Positions 10,198 to 20,072 of a DNA stretch of 64,000 nucleotides are shown in pieces. A model generated the notes under the pieces. It searched no databases. It saw only the letters and a list, made by a program, of their open reading frames with translations, and was not told the origin of the DNA. Every line of letters starts with the position of its first letter. Within the stretch, counting starts at the first letter, position 1. Source of the DNA: Candidatus Latescibacterota bacterium (GTDB lineage Bacteria > Latescibacterota > UBA2968 > UBA8231); assembly GCA_965223905.1 (NCBI GenBank), contig CBDCXV010000010.1, positions 896,001 to 960,000 of the forward strand, read 5' to 3'. A program made the translations under genes and the position numbers.

Positions 10198-11868
10198 TTG
10201 GCGGCAACCGCGCGCCGACGGCGCCGGCGTTCGCCGTGGCTCAGGCTGCTGGTCCTGGTCTTGTTGGCGGGGGCCATCGCAACCGTCGTCTACCTCAACC
10301 TCGACAAGGAGACCCCGGTGGAGACCTTCGCCACGGTCTCCGTCGAACGCCGCGACCTCGTCGACAAGCTCGCCGAGACCGGCAGCATCGAGCTGGTGCG
10401 CACGGTCGAGGTGAAGTCGACCACCTCCGGGGTGATCCGGTCGCTCCACTTCGACACCGGCGACGGGGTCGACCGCGGCCGGCTGATGGCCGTCATCGAG
10501 CCCGACCCCAACCAGACCCTGCAGCTTTTCCAGAAGCGCTCCGCGGCCGAGAACGCCCGCATCAGCCTCCACGAGCAGGAAAAGGACTACTCGCGCAAGA
10601 AAACCCTGTTCGAGAGCGGCATGCTGCCCAAAAAAGGTTTCGAGGATGCCGACCGCGCCCTGACCCGGGCCCGGAACAGCCTGCGGCTGGCCGAGCTCGA
10701 GCTCGAGATCCTCGAGACCAAGGCCAACCTCAGCGTTGCGGGACAAAGCCGGGACTCCGAGCTGGACGAGGTCCGCGTTCTCGCCCCGATCAGCGGGGTC
10801 GTGATCAAAAGGGAAGTAGAGACCGGGGAGATCGTCGCCTCCGGAACCTCGCTGTCCGGAGGCACCGTGCTGTTCGAAATCGGCGACCCGAGCCAGATGA
10901 TCGTGCGCGCCGACATAGCCGAGATCGACATCGGCGACCTCCGCACCGGACAGGAGGTCGACATCGTCGTCGACGCCTTCGCCGACACCACCTACCGCGG
11001 CACGGTCCGCTGGATCGCCCCGGTCGGCGAGAAGAAGCAGGGCAGCACCATCGTGACCTTCGACGCCGAGATCGACATCCTCGACCGCGAACCGCGCCTG
11101 CGCCAGGGCATGTCGTGCGACCTCGACATCATCTTCCTGCGCCGCGAGGGCACCCTCAGCCTTCCAGTGGAGGCGGTGCTCGAGCTGTTCGACGAGGAGG
11201 AGGAAGAGCAGTCCGAGGTGAAGGGGCGCCGCGGCCGCTTCGTGACCTATCTCTACACCCCGGCCGACTCGGCCGCGGCCGGAGGCGACGGCGATGGCCG
11301 GCCGGAAGCGGAGGGTACGCCGGTTGCCCCGCACGATTCCGTTGCAGATACGAGCGAAGGCCGCCTCGGCGACACCCCCGAGGCGGTCCCAGGTAGCGCC
11401 CCTGCCGACAACACCACCGCCCGGGACTCGGCGACAGACCCGGGGGCCTCCGGTGCGGTCCGCTCCGGCGCCGGCGACACCATCTCCCCCGGTACGGACG
11501 CCGACCCGGCGGGCGGCAGCGATTCCCTCGTGGCGGCCCCAGGTAGCGCCCCTTCCGGCAGCAGCACCGCCCGGGACTCGACGACAGACCCGGGGGCCTC
11601 CGGAGCCGACTCCCCCGACACCGCTTCCACAGACACCGCCGCGGCGAAAGCGGACTCCGCCTCGGGGAAGCCCGCCCCTCCCCAGGTCCCGCTCGACGAG
11701 TTCACCGAGGTCGAGCTGCGCATCGGCCTGGAGACCTCCACGCGAATCGAGGTTCTCTCCGGACTGGGTGAGGGGGATTGGGTCGCCGCCGACCCCGAGG
11801 CGATCCGGCGGAAGCTGAAGATGAACGAGGGGCCGCCGGAAGCCGAAGGCCGGGGCCGCCGCTTCTGA
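10198..11868 (+). CDS. MacA/YknX-like periplasmic adaptor (membrane fusion protein) with a low-complexity insert
   Basis: N-terminal TM, TGSIE..VEVKS, APISGVV, LRQGMS, GLETSTRIEVLSGLGEGD. Confidence 0.88.
   Translation: MAATARRRRRRSPWLRLLVLVLLAGAIATVVYLNLDKETPVETFATVSVERRDLVDKLAETGSIELVRTVEVKSTTSGVIRSLHFDTGDGVDRGRLMAVIEPDPNQTLQLFQKRSAAENARISLHEQEKDYSRKKTLFESGMLPKKGFEDADRALTRARNSLRLAELELEILETKANLSVAGQSRDSELDEVRVLAPISGVVIKREVETGEIVASGTSLSGGTVLFEIGDPSQMIVRADIAEIDIGDLRTGQEVDIVVDAFADTTYRGTVRWIAPVGEKKQGSTIVTFDAEIDILDREPRLRQGMSCDLDIIFLRREGTLSLPVEAVLELFDEEEEEQSEVKGRRGRFVTYLYTPADSAAAGGDGDGRPEAEGTPVAPHDSVADTSEGRLGDTPEAVPGSAPADNTTARDSATDPGASGAVRSGAGDTISPGTDADPAGGSDSLVAAPGSAPSGSSTARDSTTDPGASGADSPDTASTDTAAAKADSASGKPAPPQVPLDEFTEVELRIGLETSTRIEVLSGLGEGDWVAADPEAIRRKLKMNEGPPEAEGRGRRF
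11388..11603 (+). repeat. In-frame direct repeat (about 66 bp, period 150 bp) inside the adaptor gene
   Basis: CCCAGGTAGCGCCCCT..CACCGCCCGGGACTCG.CGACAGACCCGGGGGCCTCCGG at 11388-11453 and 11538-11603. Confidence 0.9.
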
Positions 11869-11899
11869 CCCGGGCCGCACCCCGAAGCCCCGGCACCGC

Positions 11900-13129
11900 A
11901 TGGTCATCTACGAGCCCATCGCCGTAGGCCTGGCTCAGCTCAGGGCGAACAAGCTCCGCTCCCTGCTCACCCTGCTCGGCATCGTCATCGGCGTCGCTTC
12001 CGTGATCGGCATCGTCTCCCTCGGCGGCGGCCTGCGGCGCACCGTGATGGGAGAGTTCGCGCGCGAGGGCGGAGCCGCGGCGATCACCGTGGGCCCCCCG
12101 AACCCCTGGGAGCGGGTCGACGGCCGCTGGGTGCAGCGCCACTGGGCCGAGCACCTGACCTCCGGCGACCTGCGCGCGATCCGCGCCGAGACCGGCCTCA
12201 TCCGCACGGCCGTGCCCACGGTTTCCGCCAGCGCCGAGCTGCGCTACCGCAAGACGACGGCGAACGCCGGCGTCACCGGCACCTCCGAGGAGTACGGCCC
12301 CGCCTTCCACTGGGGCGTCGCCGCGGGCCGCCACCTGAGCGCCGACGACGTCCGCTTCAACCGCAAGGTCTGCGTCCTGGGGGCGAAGGTGCGCGAGGAC
12401 CTCTTCGGCGACGCCGACCCGGTCGGGGAGGAGGTCAAGCTCAACGGCGACCGCTACACCGTGATAGGCGTGCTCGAGCCGCGGCTGCGCTTCGGGCGCG
12501 AGCAGGGCCGCGCCGTCCTCATTCCCTACACCACCGCGCAGAGGCGCTTCACGGGGGAACGCCGGCTCGGCGAGATCTCCCTGTTCGCCGCGGAGATCGA
12601 GGACGTCCCGGCGGTGGCCGCAGCAGCGCACCGGGTGCTGCGGCGGCGCCACGAGCACGGCGACGATTTCCGGGTCGAGACCAACAGGGAACAGATCGAG
12701 GACGCCAACAGCGTCATCGGCACCATGCAGAAGATCGCCGGCGGCATCGCCGGCATCTCCCTGCTGGTCGGGGGCATCGGCATCATGAACATCATGCTCG
12801 TATCGGTGACGGAACGGACCCGGGAGATCGGCATCCGCAAGGCGATCGGGGCGCGCTCCGGGCAGATCCTGTTCCAGTTCCTCGCCGAGGCCGTGGTGCT
12901 CGCCTTCGCGGGCGCCGCCCTCGGGATCGCCTTCGGCGTCGGCTTCGGCGCCGCCATCGAGGCGGTCATACGCTGGTTCGCCCCGGGATCCCCCTTCTCC
13001 AGCGTCGTCACCCTTCCGTCCGTGCTCTGGGCAGTGGGGGCCGCCTGCGGCATCGGCGTCTTCTTCGGCGTCTACCCCGCCTTTCGCGCCGCGCGCATGG
13101 ATCCGGTCGAGGCCCTGCGCTACGAATGA
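11900..13129 (+). CDS. MacB/FtsX-family ABC permease
   Basis: [57 protein letters not shown]. Confidence 0.93.
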   Translation: MVIYEPIAVGLAQLRANKLRSLLTLLGIVIGVASVIGIVSLGGGLRRTVMGEFAREGGAAAITVGPPNPWERVDGRWVQRHWAEHLTSGDLRAIRAETGLIRTAVPTVSASAELRYRKTTANAGVTGTSEEYGPAFHWGVAAGRHLSADDVRFNRKVCVLGAKVREDLFGDADPVGEEVKLNGDRYTVIGVLEPRLRFGREQGRAVLIPYTTAQRRFTGERRLGEISLFAAEIEDVPAVAAAAHRVLRRRHEHGDDFRVETNREQIEDANSVIGTMQKIAGGIAGISLLVGGIGIMNIMLVSVTERTREIGIRKAIGARSGQILFQFLAEAVVLAFAGAALGIAFGVGFGAAIEAVIRWFAPGSPFSSVVTLPSVLWAVGAACGIGVFFGVYPAFRAARMDPVEALRYE

Positions 13130-14349
13130 TCCTGCTCGAGTCGCTGCGCATCGCCTTCGGCCAGGTCTGGGCCCACAAGCTGCGCTCCATGCTCACCCTG
13201 CTCGGCATCCTGATCGGGGTCGGCTCGGTCGTCGGGATCGTCTCGATCAGCGAGGGGATGCGGCGCATGGTGATCGGCGAGTTCGGCAAGATCTTCGGCG
13301 ACAGGATCCTGCAGGTCCGGCCGCGGGAGTTCGTGCTCAGGGACGGACGCTGGGTGCGGAACCACCGGTTCCGGCCGATGGCGATGGAGGACGTCGCGCT
13401 TGTGGAGGAGGTTTCGGACCGCATCGAGGCCACCCTGCCGATGCTGACCGCCAGCGCGCAGATGCGCTACGCCAAGGCGACCTGGAACGGCCAGCTCGAG
13501 GCCACGGTGCCGGCCTATGCGGAGGCCTACGACTGGCGCGCCGGCAAGGGCCGTTTCCTCCTGCCCCGGGACGTCAGCGCCGCCCGCAGCGTCTGCGTTC
13601 TCGGCATGCAGGCGAAGGAGGCGCTGTTCGGCCGCGCCCCCGCGGTCGGGCGGGAGGTGAAGCTCAACGGCGAGCGCTACGAGGTGGCGGGGGTCATGGA
13701 GGAGCGCACCCTTTTCGGCCAGGAGTGGAGCAGCATCGTCTTCGTGCCGGCGACCACGGCGATGCAGCGGCTGTTCGGCACCCGGGAGATCTCCGGGGTC
13801 GTCGCCGTCGCCGCCTCCGCGGAAGAGGTGCCGCGTCTCAGCGCCGACATCGTCGCGGCCCTGCAGGAGAAGTACGGCGGGCGGATGCAGTACGAGGTCG
13901 ACAGCCCCGGGAGCTTCGTCAGCCAGATCGAGCAGACGATCCTGATCATGAAGCTGGTCAGCGGGGGCATCGCCGGCATCTCCCTGCTGGTCGGCGGCAT
14001 CGGCATCATGAACATGATGCTGGTGTCGGTCACCGAGCGCACCCGGGAGATCGGCATCCGCAAGGCGATCGGCGCCAAACCCTCCGCGGTGCTCCTGCAG
14101 TTCGTCATCGAGGCGATCGTCCTCAGCCTCTTCGGCGGGCTGCTGGGGATCGCCGCGGGATTCGGGATCGGCGAGGGGATCTCCGCGGTGATCGGGCGCT
14201 ACTCCGACATCCCCTACCCCAGCGCGATCTCCCCCGCCTCGATCGCCATCGCCCTCGGCATCTCCTCCGCGGTCGGCCTCTTCTTCGGCATCTACCCGGC
14301 GGCCCGCGCCTCGAAGCTCGACCCGGTCGCCGCCCTCGGCTTCGAGTGA
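13126..14349 (+). CDS. MacB/FtsX-family ABC permease (second paralog)
   Basis: Same MacB motifs; ATGA overlap with the upstream gene. Confidence 0.93.
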   Translation: MILLESLRIAFGQVWAHKLRSMLTLLGILIGVGSVVGIVSISEGMRRMVIGEFGKIFGDRILQVRPREFVLRDGRWVRNHRFRPMAMEDVALVEEVSDRIEATLPMLTASAQMRYAKATWNGQLEATVPAYAEAYDWRAGKGRFLLPRDVSAARSVCVLGMQAKEALFGRAPAVGREVKLNGERYEVAGVMEERTLFGQEWSSIVFVPATTAMQRLFGTREISGVVAVAASAEEVPRLSADIVAALQEKYGGRMQYEVDSPGSFVSQIEQTILIMKLVSGGIAGISLLVGGIGIMNMMLVSVTERTREIGIRKAIGAKPSAVLLQFVIEAIVLSLFGGLLGIAAGFGIGEGISAVIGRYSDIPYPSAISPASIAIALGISSAVGLFFGIYPAARASKLDPVAALGFE

Positions 14350-14356
14350 TTCGGCG

Positions 14357-15058
14357 ATGCTGATCGAGCTGAAAGGGATCGAGAAGGTCTACGAGATGGG
14401 GGCCGAGGACGTCCGCGCCCTGCGCGGCGTCGACCTCGACATCGAACGGGGGGAATACGCCGCCATCATGGGTCCCTCCGGGTCGGGCAAGTCGACGCTG
14501 ATGAACATCGTCGGATGCCTCGACACCCCGAGCGCCGGCACCTACCGCCTCAACGGCACGGACGTGTCGGAGATGAACGCCAACGAGCTCGCCGACGTGC
14601 GCAACCAGCAGATCGGCTTCGTCTTCCAGACCTTCAACCTGCTGGCCCGCTCCAGCGCCTTCCACAACGTCGAGCTGCCCCTGGTCTACGCCGGGACGAG
14701 GCGGGGGGAGCGCCGGGAAAGGACCGAGGCCGCCCTTGAGCGCGTCGGCCTGGCAGACCGCATGGACCACCGGCCCGCGGAGCTGTCCGGGGGGCAGAGG
14801 CAGCGCGTGGCCATCGCCCGGGCCCTCGTCAACGAGCCCTCGCTGCTGCTCGCCGACGAGCCGACGGGCAACCTCGACAGCCGCACCGGTGAGGAGATCA
14901 TGGGGCTCTTCGACCACCTGCATGCCGAGGGGAACACCGTCATCCTCGTCACCCACGAGCAGCATGTCGCCGGCCACGCCCGGCGCAGGATCGCCATCCT
15001 CGACGGCCTCGTGGCTTCCGACGAGAGGCGGGAAGGTCAGCCTGCCGACGGCTCCTGA
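14357..15058 (+). CDS. ABC transporter ATP-binding protein (MacB/LolD type)
   Basis: [30 protein letters not shown]. Confidence 0.95.
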   Translation: MLIELKGIEKVYEMGAEDVRALRGVDLDIERGEYAAIMGPSGSGKSTLMNIVGCLDTPSAGTYRLNGTDVSEMNANELADVRNQQIGFVFQTFNLLARSSAFHNVELPLVYAGTRRGERRERTEAALERVGLADRMDHRPAELSGGQRQRVAIARALVNEPSLLLADEPTGNLDSRTGEEIMGLFDHLHAEGNTVILVTHEQHVAGHARRRIAILDGLVASDERREGQPADGS

Positions 15059-15321
15059 GGCCCGGCCCCGAGCTTGGCCAGGACGAAGTCGGCGATCGCG
15101 TCGGAAGTCTCGAACAGCTCGATGCGCAGCTCCTCGTCGTCGATCTCGAAGCCGAACTCCTCCTCCAGGCCGGCGATCAGCTCGAGCGATGCGACCGACG
15201 TGGCGCCCCCCTCACCGAAAAGCGGCTCATCGTCGGGAATCTCCTCCGGATCGACGTCGAGCCCGAGGGTTGCGGCGATCGTCCGCTTAACCCGCTTCCT
15301 CGTCTCCTCCCGCTCCAACAT
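15037..15321 (-). CDS. Acyl/peptidyl carrier protein
   Basis: Acidic 94 aa; [31 protein letters not shown] resembles the GxDS phosphopantetheine site with Ser retained. Confidence 0.8.
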   Translation of the reverse strand: MLEREETRKRVKRTIAATLGLDVDPEEIPDDEPLFGEGGATSVASLELIAGLEEEFGFEIDDEELRIELFETSDAIADFVLAKLGAGPQEPSAG

Positions 15322-17269
15322 CCTCCTGCTCCGGGTTCCGTGAAAAATGCGCGACCACCGCCTCGACCAGGCGGTCCTCCCCCGCTCTCGAAAGGATCGC
15401 CGCCGCGGGAATGCCGAAGCGGTCTTCGAGGCGGCGCAGGTTCCTGTCGATCTCCTCGCCCGACATCTGGCGCGGGGTGATCCAGCTCCGTCCGTAGGCG
15501 GCGCGGATGTGCTTCTCCTTGTCGCTCATGGCCAAGGCGATGGTCGGGGCCTTCGCCAGTCCGCGCAGGCAGGCGATGGTGTCCTCGATGTACTCCTCGG
15601 GGTCGATGCTGTTGACCACCAGGACGACGGCGTCCGGCCTGGTTCCGAGCAGGAAGGCGAGCGAGGTCATGGTGTGGGTCGCCGGGTGTTCGATGGCGTA
15701 GGGAATCGTCCCGGACTGACACCCCACCAGGATGATGTCCGGGCTCCGGAGATGGGCGATCTCCCGCATCTTGGCGTCGAGAAACGGGGCATACCACTGC
15801 AGCGGCAGCTCGAGCGGCGACGCGTACCCCATCGGGAAGGCGAAGTCCATGCCGAACAGGGCGGAGTGGTGCTCGGTGCCGACCTGGCCGACCGCGTATC
15901 CCGCCTCCTGCAGGCGCCGCCGAAGGGCCAGCTGCAGGGTGAACTTCCCCTGCTGCGAGCTGGTCCCGAACACCCCGAGCACCGGGACGTCGACGGCGCC
16001 GTACCGGCTCGACCGGCGCAGCAGCCCCTCGACCTCGGCGTTGTCGACCTTCGGGCTGGCGATCTTCAGGTTGCGGCGCCTGGCCTCGGCGTGCAGGTCT
16101 CCGTACTGCCCCGGGGGGACCGGAAGAAAGCTGAAGACGTGCAGCCCCGCGGCCAGGGCCGCGGCGACCGACTCCCGCAGGACGTCCCGCTTGCCGATGC
16201 GGCCCAGCTCGTCGACGTACCCCAGGATCAGCGTGTCCGCTCCGCGCAGGGCCGCCCCCAGCTTCGGGGAGATGCGGATCCCGACCGCAGGCAGCCCGAG
16301 GGCCTCGCCGGCATCCCCGCCCGCCAGCCCCTTGCCGGCGGGATCGGCAATGCCGACGACCTCGAAGTCGAGGTGTTTCAGGTGCCGGACCAGGCTGTGC
16401 ATCTCCTTGTTGAAGGGGTACAGGGCTGCCTTGCGGATCCAGCCCGGGAGGCCGCCTTCCCGGGGGCGCGGCGCCTGTTCCCGGGGGGCCGGTACCGGCC
16501 TTGCGCCCGCGGTTTCGGAAACGCGGGAGGCTCCCCTTTCGGCCAGAGCGTTCGCCTTCAGGACCTCGCGCACCTCCTCGATGCCTACTCCCGGGGAGGC
16601 TTCCCTTATGAGGGCGACGATGCCGCTGATATGGGGAGCGGCGAAGCTTGTCCCCGAGGTCATCACCTCGCGCGGCTGCAGCCAGCAGAGCCGCTGCTCG
16701 TCGCCGCGGGCGACGCACTCGATCGGCTTCCCTTCCCTGTAGTGATACCCGTAGCGGCCGCCGACCTTGCCGCCGGCTACCCCGATGACGTCCGGCAGGA
16801 CGGCCGGGTAGCTCTCCAGCCCCTCGTTGTGCTCCGCAGACACCAGGATGACGCCTGCGCCGGCCGCCTCCCTGGCCGTCTCGGCGAGAGGGCGGCGAAA
16901 GCTCGGGTCCGTGGTTCCGAGGCTGAGGTTGACGACGTCCATCCCCTCGTCCAGGCACCATCGCAGGGCCGCGACCAGGGCGCTTCCGTCGGCGCTGAGG
17001 GATTCGTCGAAGATGCCCACGCTGTAAATGGACGCGGCCGGGGCCTTCCTGAGGATGATCCCGGCGCAGGCGGTACCGTGGCCGGCCTTGTCGGCGACCT
17101 CCGCGGCCTGCTCGATCCCACCGTCCCCGCGGACCGACAGGGCGACCCCGCCGGCTACGCGGATCAGCGGATGCGTCGGGTCGACCCCGCTGTCGACGAC
17201 CGCAACCCTGATCCCGGCGCCGGTGAGGCTTTCGAAGGACAACTGCAGAGAGCTGGGCGGTGATGTCAT
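15287..17269 (-). CDS. S8 subtilisin-like peptidase fused to a DUF1611-like P-loop domain
   Basis: Triad VAVVDSG / GHGTACAG / SGTSFAAPHISG; C-terminal GTSSQQGKFT P-loop and DIILVGCQSG...FLLGTRPDAVVL. Confidence 0.85.
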   Translation of the reverse strand: MTSPPSSLQLSFESLTGAGIRVAVVDSGVDPTHPLIRVAGGVALSVRGDGGIEQAAEVADKAGHGTACAGIILRKAPAASIYSVGIFDESLSADGSALVAALRWCLDEGMDVVNLSLGTTDPSFRRPLAETAREAAGAGVILVSAEHNEGLESYPAVLPDVIGVAGGKVGGRYGYHYREGKPIECVARGDEQRLCWLQPREVMTSGTSFAAPHISGIVALIREASPGVGIEEVREVLKANALAERGASRVSETAGARPVPAPREQAPRPREGGLPGWIRKAALYPFNKEMHSLVRHLKHLDFEVVGIADPAGKGLAGGDAGEALGLPAVGIRISPKLGAALRGADTLILGYVDELGRIGKRDVLRESVAAALAAGLHVFSFLPVPPGQYGDLHAEARRRNLKIASPKVDNAEVEGLLRRSSRYGAVDVPVLGVFGTSSQQGKFTLQLALRRRLQEAGYAVGQVGTEHHSALFGMDFAFPMGYASPLELPLQWYAPFLDAKMREIAHLRSPDIILVGCQSGTIPYAIEHPATHTMTSLAFLLGTRPDAVVLVVNSIDPEEYIEDTIACLRGLAKAPTIALAMSDKEKHIRAAYGRSWITPRQMSGEEIDRNLRRLEDRFGIPAAAILSRAGEDRLVEAVVAHFSRNPEQEDVGAGGDEEAG

Positions 17270-17731
17270 GGGGGCGAGGGCTCCTTCCGGCGTAGTGGAA
17301 TGACGCCGGCCGCCTGTGGAGACGGCCGTTCCCGCGTCTCCTTGTAGACGTGCAGGCCGCGGAAACTGCTAGCGCCTGAGCGAGTCGTACCGAGGGTGTA
17401 CGGCGAGTGAAGGCAACGCCGTGAGCCGGGATGGATCGGCGTCCCAATGTCGCTGATGGATAGCGCTCATCGAAATCCATCCGCTGCGGAGGGGATCCCC
17501 CTGCCGGAAACCGCCGTACTGCCGCTCAACGAAAATCCGCCGGTGAGAGAGTATCTCCGAGTTCTATTTTCGGGAGAACCTCCTGTCGGCGCCGCCACTT
17601 CATGCACGGTTGAGCAACGTCGAGTCGAACAGGGTCTGGCTGGTCCGCTACTATGGGAGCACAGGAAGGTCATGGTGTAGCGGCTGGAGTCGAGAGGAAC
17701 GGCTACCTCGAACCCTCGCTGGCCCTTTCGG

Positions 17732-17779
17732 CCCGCTACCGGGAAATCGAGGCCCGGGCCTCGATTTCCCGGTAGCGGG
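17732..17779. repeat. Perfect 48-bp spacerless palindrome
   Basis: CCCGCTACCGGGAAATCGAGGCCC|GGGCCTCGATTTCCCGGTAGCGGG. Confidence 0.95.
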
Positions 17780-17798
17780 AGCAGGCGCCGGCCTTGCG

Positions 17799-18449
17799 CT
17801 ACTCCGGAGATCCTCCGTTCATCCTGCCGTTTCCCCCCTCCCTTTCCCTGCGCAGCAGCCAGCGCGGAATTCTCCGCAAAGACGTCATGATCTGCTGCAG
17901 CAGCCGCTGATGGCGGGCCTTGCTGACGGTCAGCTCCGCCAGCTTGATCCAGGGGGCGCGCTCCCGCACGTGACCTTCCGCCCTCGACAGATGCGCCCTC
18001 ACCGACTCCTCGGCAAGGCCGAGAAAGCGCGCGATCTCCTCGCAGGAGCTCCCCTCGATATGGAAGAGCACGAAAATCCGGCGGCTTTCCCGGGGAATCT
18101 CGTCCAGGAGGTTCCAGAGTTTCGCCGGCACCTCGACCCTTTTCTCCGAATCCTTGTCCTCCGGGGGGCGCGGCGCTCCCTCCATGTAGGCGTGGACGCG
18201 CCCATCCGGCTCATTCCCCGCCTTTCCCGAGCCCTTCGCCGCGCAGCGGCTGACGGACCCGTTCACAGGCCAGACAAACAGGGCAACGAGCTCCCGCAGG
18301 AAACGGCGGGCTTCCTCTTCCAATGTCTGCACCATCTCCGCAGCAGGCTCCTGCAACGGAACGGCGCGGCAGCTTACGGGTTCCGCCCGAACGAGGCCGA
18401 TGCGGCCTTTTTCATCGTTGCGGATTTTCAGGTCTCTCATGCTCAACAT
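17799..18449 (-). CDS. Sigma-70 region-4 (ECF-like) HTH protein; region 2 not recognisable
   Basis: LLDEIPRESRRIFVLFHIEGSSCEEIARFLGLAEESVRAHLSRA; start uncertain. Confidence 0.65.
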   Translation of the reverse strand: MLSMRDLKIRNDEKGRIGLVRAEPVSCRAVPLQEPAAEMVQTLEEEARRFLRELVALFVWPVNGSVSRCAAKGSGKAGNEPDGRVHAYMEGAPRPPEDKDSEKRVEVPAKLWNLLDEIPRESRRIFVLFHIEGSSCEEIARFLGLAEESVRAHLSRAEGHVRERAPWIKLAELTVSKARHQRLLQQIMTSLRRIPRWLLRREREGGNGRMNGGSPE

Positions 18450-18666
18450 GTCGTTTGTTCGTCTCCCATGGCTATTCTCAACGGCTTCACATATCTGACG
18501 GCAATGAACAGCGAAGTACTATGTGGCAGAATGGGTTGTCCCCGACAACGTGCGCAGCTCCCCCCCCTTCGCCACCCCCGGACCGCCTGGCGGCAGTCGT
18601 TGCGGATAGATGGAACACGGGACCTAGTGCTGCTCGGCACAAATGAGCCACTTCACTTTATTACTA

Positions 18667-19887
18667 TCAGGCCATCAGGGCCTTGCCCGTGGAGGTCCAT
18701 TTGAACGGCTTGGCCAGGGTGCGGTTGAAGTATTCGATGAAGGCCCGAACGCGCTCTTTGAGCTGGTCCACCGAGGCGAAGCTGGCGCGTTTGAGCAGGC
18801 GCCGGACCAGGATGCTGAACCACAGCTCCATTTGGTTGAGCCACGAGGCGCGTTTGGGCGTATACACGAACCGAATACGGTGCCCGGGATCGGCCAGGAA
18901 GGCAGCGCGGGAGGCTTTCGAGCGCAGAATCCCGGAGCGCCCCTTCTTTCCCAGATCCTGATCAAGGTCGCACAGAACCGCCACCAGATGCACCCGGGAT
19001 TCGGACTGATGCGTGTTGAGGTTGTCGACGATGAAGATCCATTCGCCCTCCCGATCGGTCCTCAGCGTCTGCAAGAAGTGGTTGGCGAAGTCCTCTTCGG
19101 TGCGCGTCGGGGCCAGGATACGACCGGTGGCGACCTCGAAGTTGGCGATCAGACACTGCGGGCCGTGGCGGATGTAGTGCTCCTCCCGGCGCTCGATATA
19201 TCCGGGAATCGCCGGCGTGGTAGGATGCAGGCGCTCCGTTGCCTGCCGGTCTTCTCGTCGCAGCAGATCAAATGCACCCCGTGCTCGTGGAGCGTCCGGG
19301 CTTGCTCATACAGGGAACAGACCGTGGCCACGTTAGGGCCAAAGGAGTCCGCCTCCTCGGACGCCGGATTGAGCCAAGACCGGGGCCGATGCGGCTTGAG
19401 GTCCGCCTGCTTTTAAAAAACGACCCACCGTACGGGTCGATATGGGAGCCACGATGTTTCGTTTCACCGCCTCTTCGGCCACCTCTCGGGCCGTCCCGTG
19501 GCTCACCGGGCGTTGCGCGTCCTGCGGCAGCTCACAGGCGAGGGCGATAATGGCGACGATTTGCTCGGGGGTGAACACCCCCGGCCAGCCCGCGCGTGGG
19601 GCATCTACCAGAGTCTCGGTGATGCAGCGGCTCACGTCCGACCGGCAGGCGCGGTGTTCGGCCGCGTGCAAGCGCTCCTGGGCCGCCGCCCAGCGTCGGC
19701 GCCACCGGCCCACCGTCCCCACATCCACCCCCAGGTCCCGGGCCAGATCCCGGTTGAGCCCCCTCGGGCCGCGGCCAGCACGATGCGCGCCCGTCGGGCC
19801 AGACGCTGCGCCCCCGTGGAACGACGAACCAACCGCTCCAAATCTCTTGCTGTCGAGCGCTGAGCTCGAGGGCCGGAGCGATTCGCA
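18667..19887 (-). pseudogene. IS630 transposase, multiply frameshifted
   Basis: Fragments ARRARIVL, TVGRWRRRW..DAPR.G, CDEKTG, VDNLNTH, YTPKRASWLNQMELWFS, AKPFKWT. TTTTTTAAAA slippery-like run near 19410. Confidence 0.9.
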
Positions 19888-19948
19888 TGGGGTTGACGTA
19901 CTCCTTTGGTGTATCGTACGGGGAGGCCGTCGTGGGAAGAAAGGGCAA

Positions 19949-20020
19949 TCAGGGGGGACAGCCCTTGTACTCAGGGGGGGACAGCCCTTGTACTCAGGGG
20001 GGGACAGCCCTTGTACTCAG
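19949..20020 (+). repeat. Tandem repeat, 3 x 22-23 bp, inside the IS630 leader
   Basis: TCAG(6-7)ACAGCCCTTGTAC units at 19949, 19971 and 19994, plus a partial TCAG. Confidence 0.92.
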
Positions 20021-20072
20021 CCTCGAAGACCTACTCAAGGATAATAAATAGCTACAATTGTGCCGCAGGACA

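Noticed and set aside
9316-11907. Long antisense ORFs (also 1751-3016, 27225-29615, 33318-35852, 29116-31035)
   Set aside because: Shadow ORFs of high-GC genes with no protein motifs; the opposite strand has clear family signatures
17300-17730. RiPP precursor upstream of the S8-DUF1611 gene
   Set aside because: Short minus-strand ORFs exist (e.g. 17467-17673) but none has a convincing RBS, leader or core pattern
19949-20020. Possible mini-CRISPR array
   Set aside because: Repeats are directly adjacent with no spacers, lie inside an IS, and no cas genes are in the window
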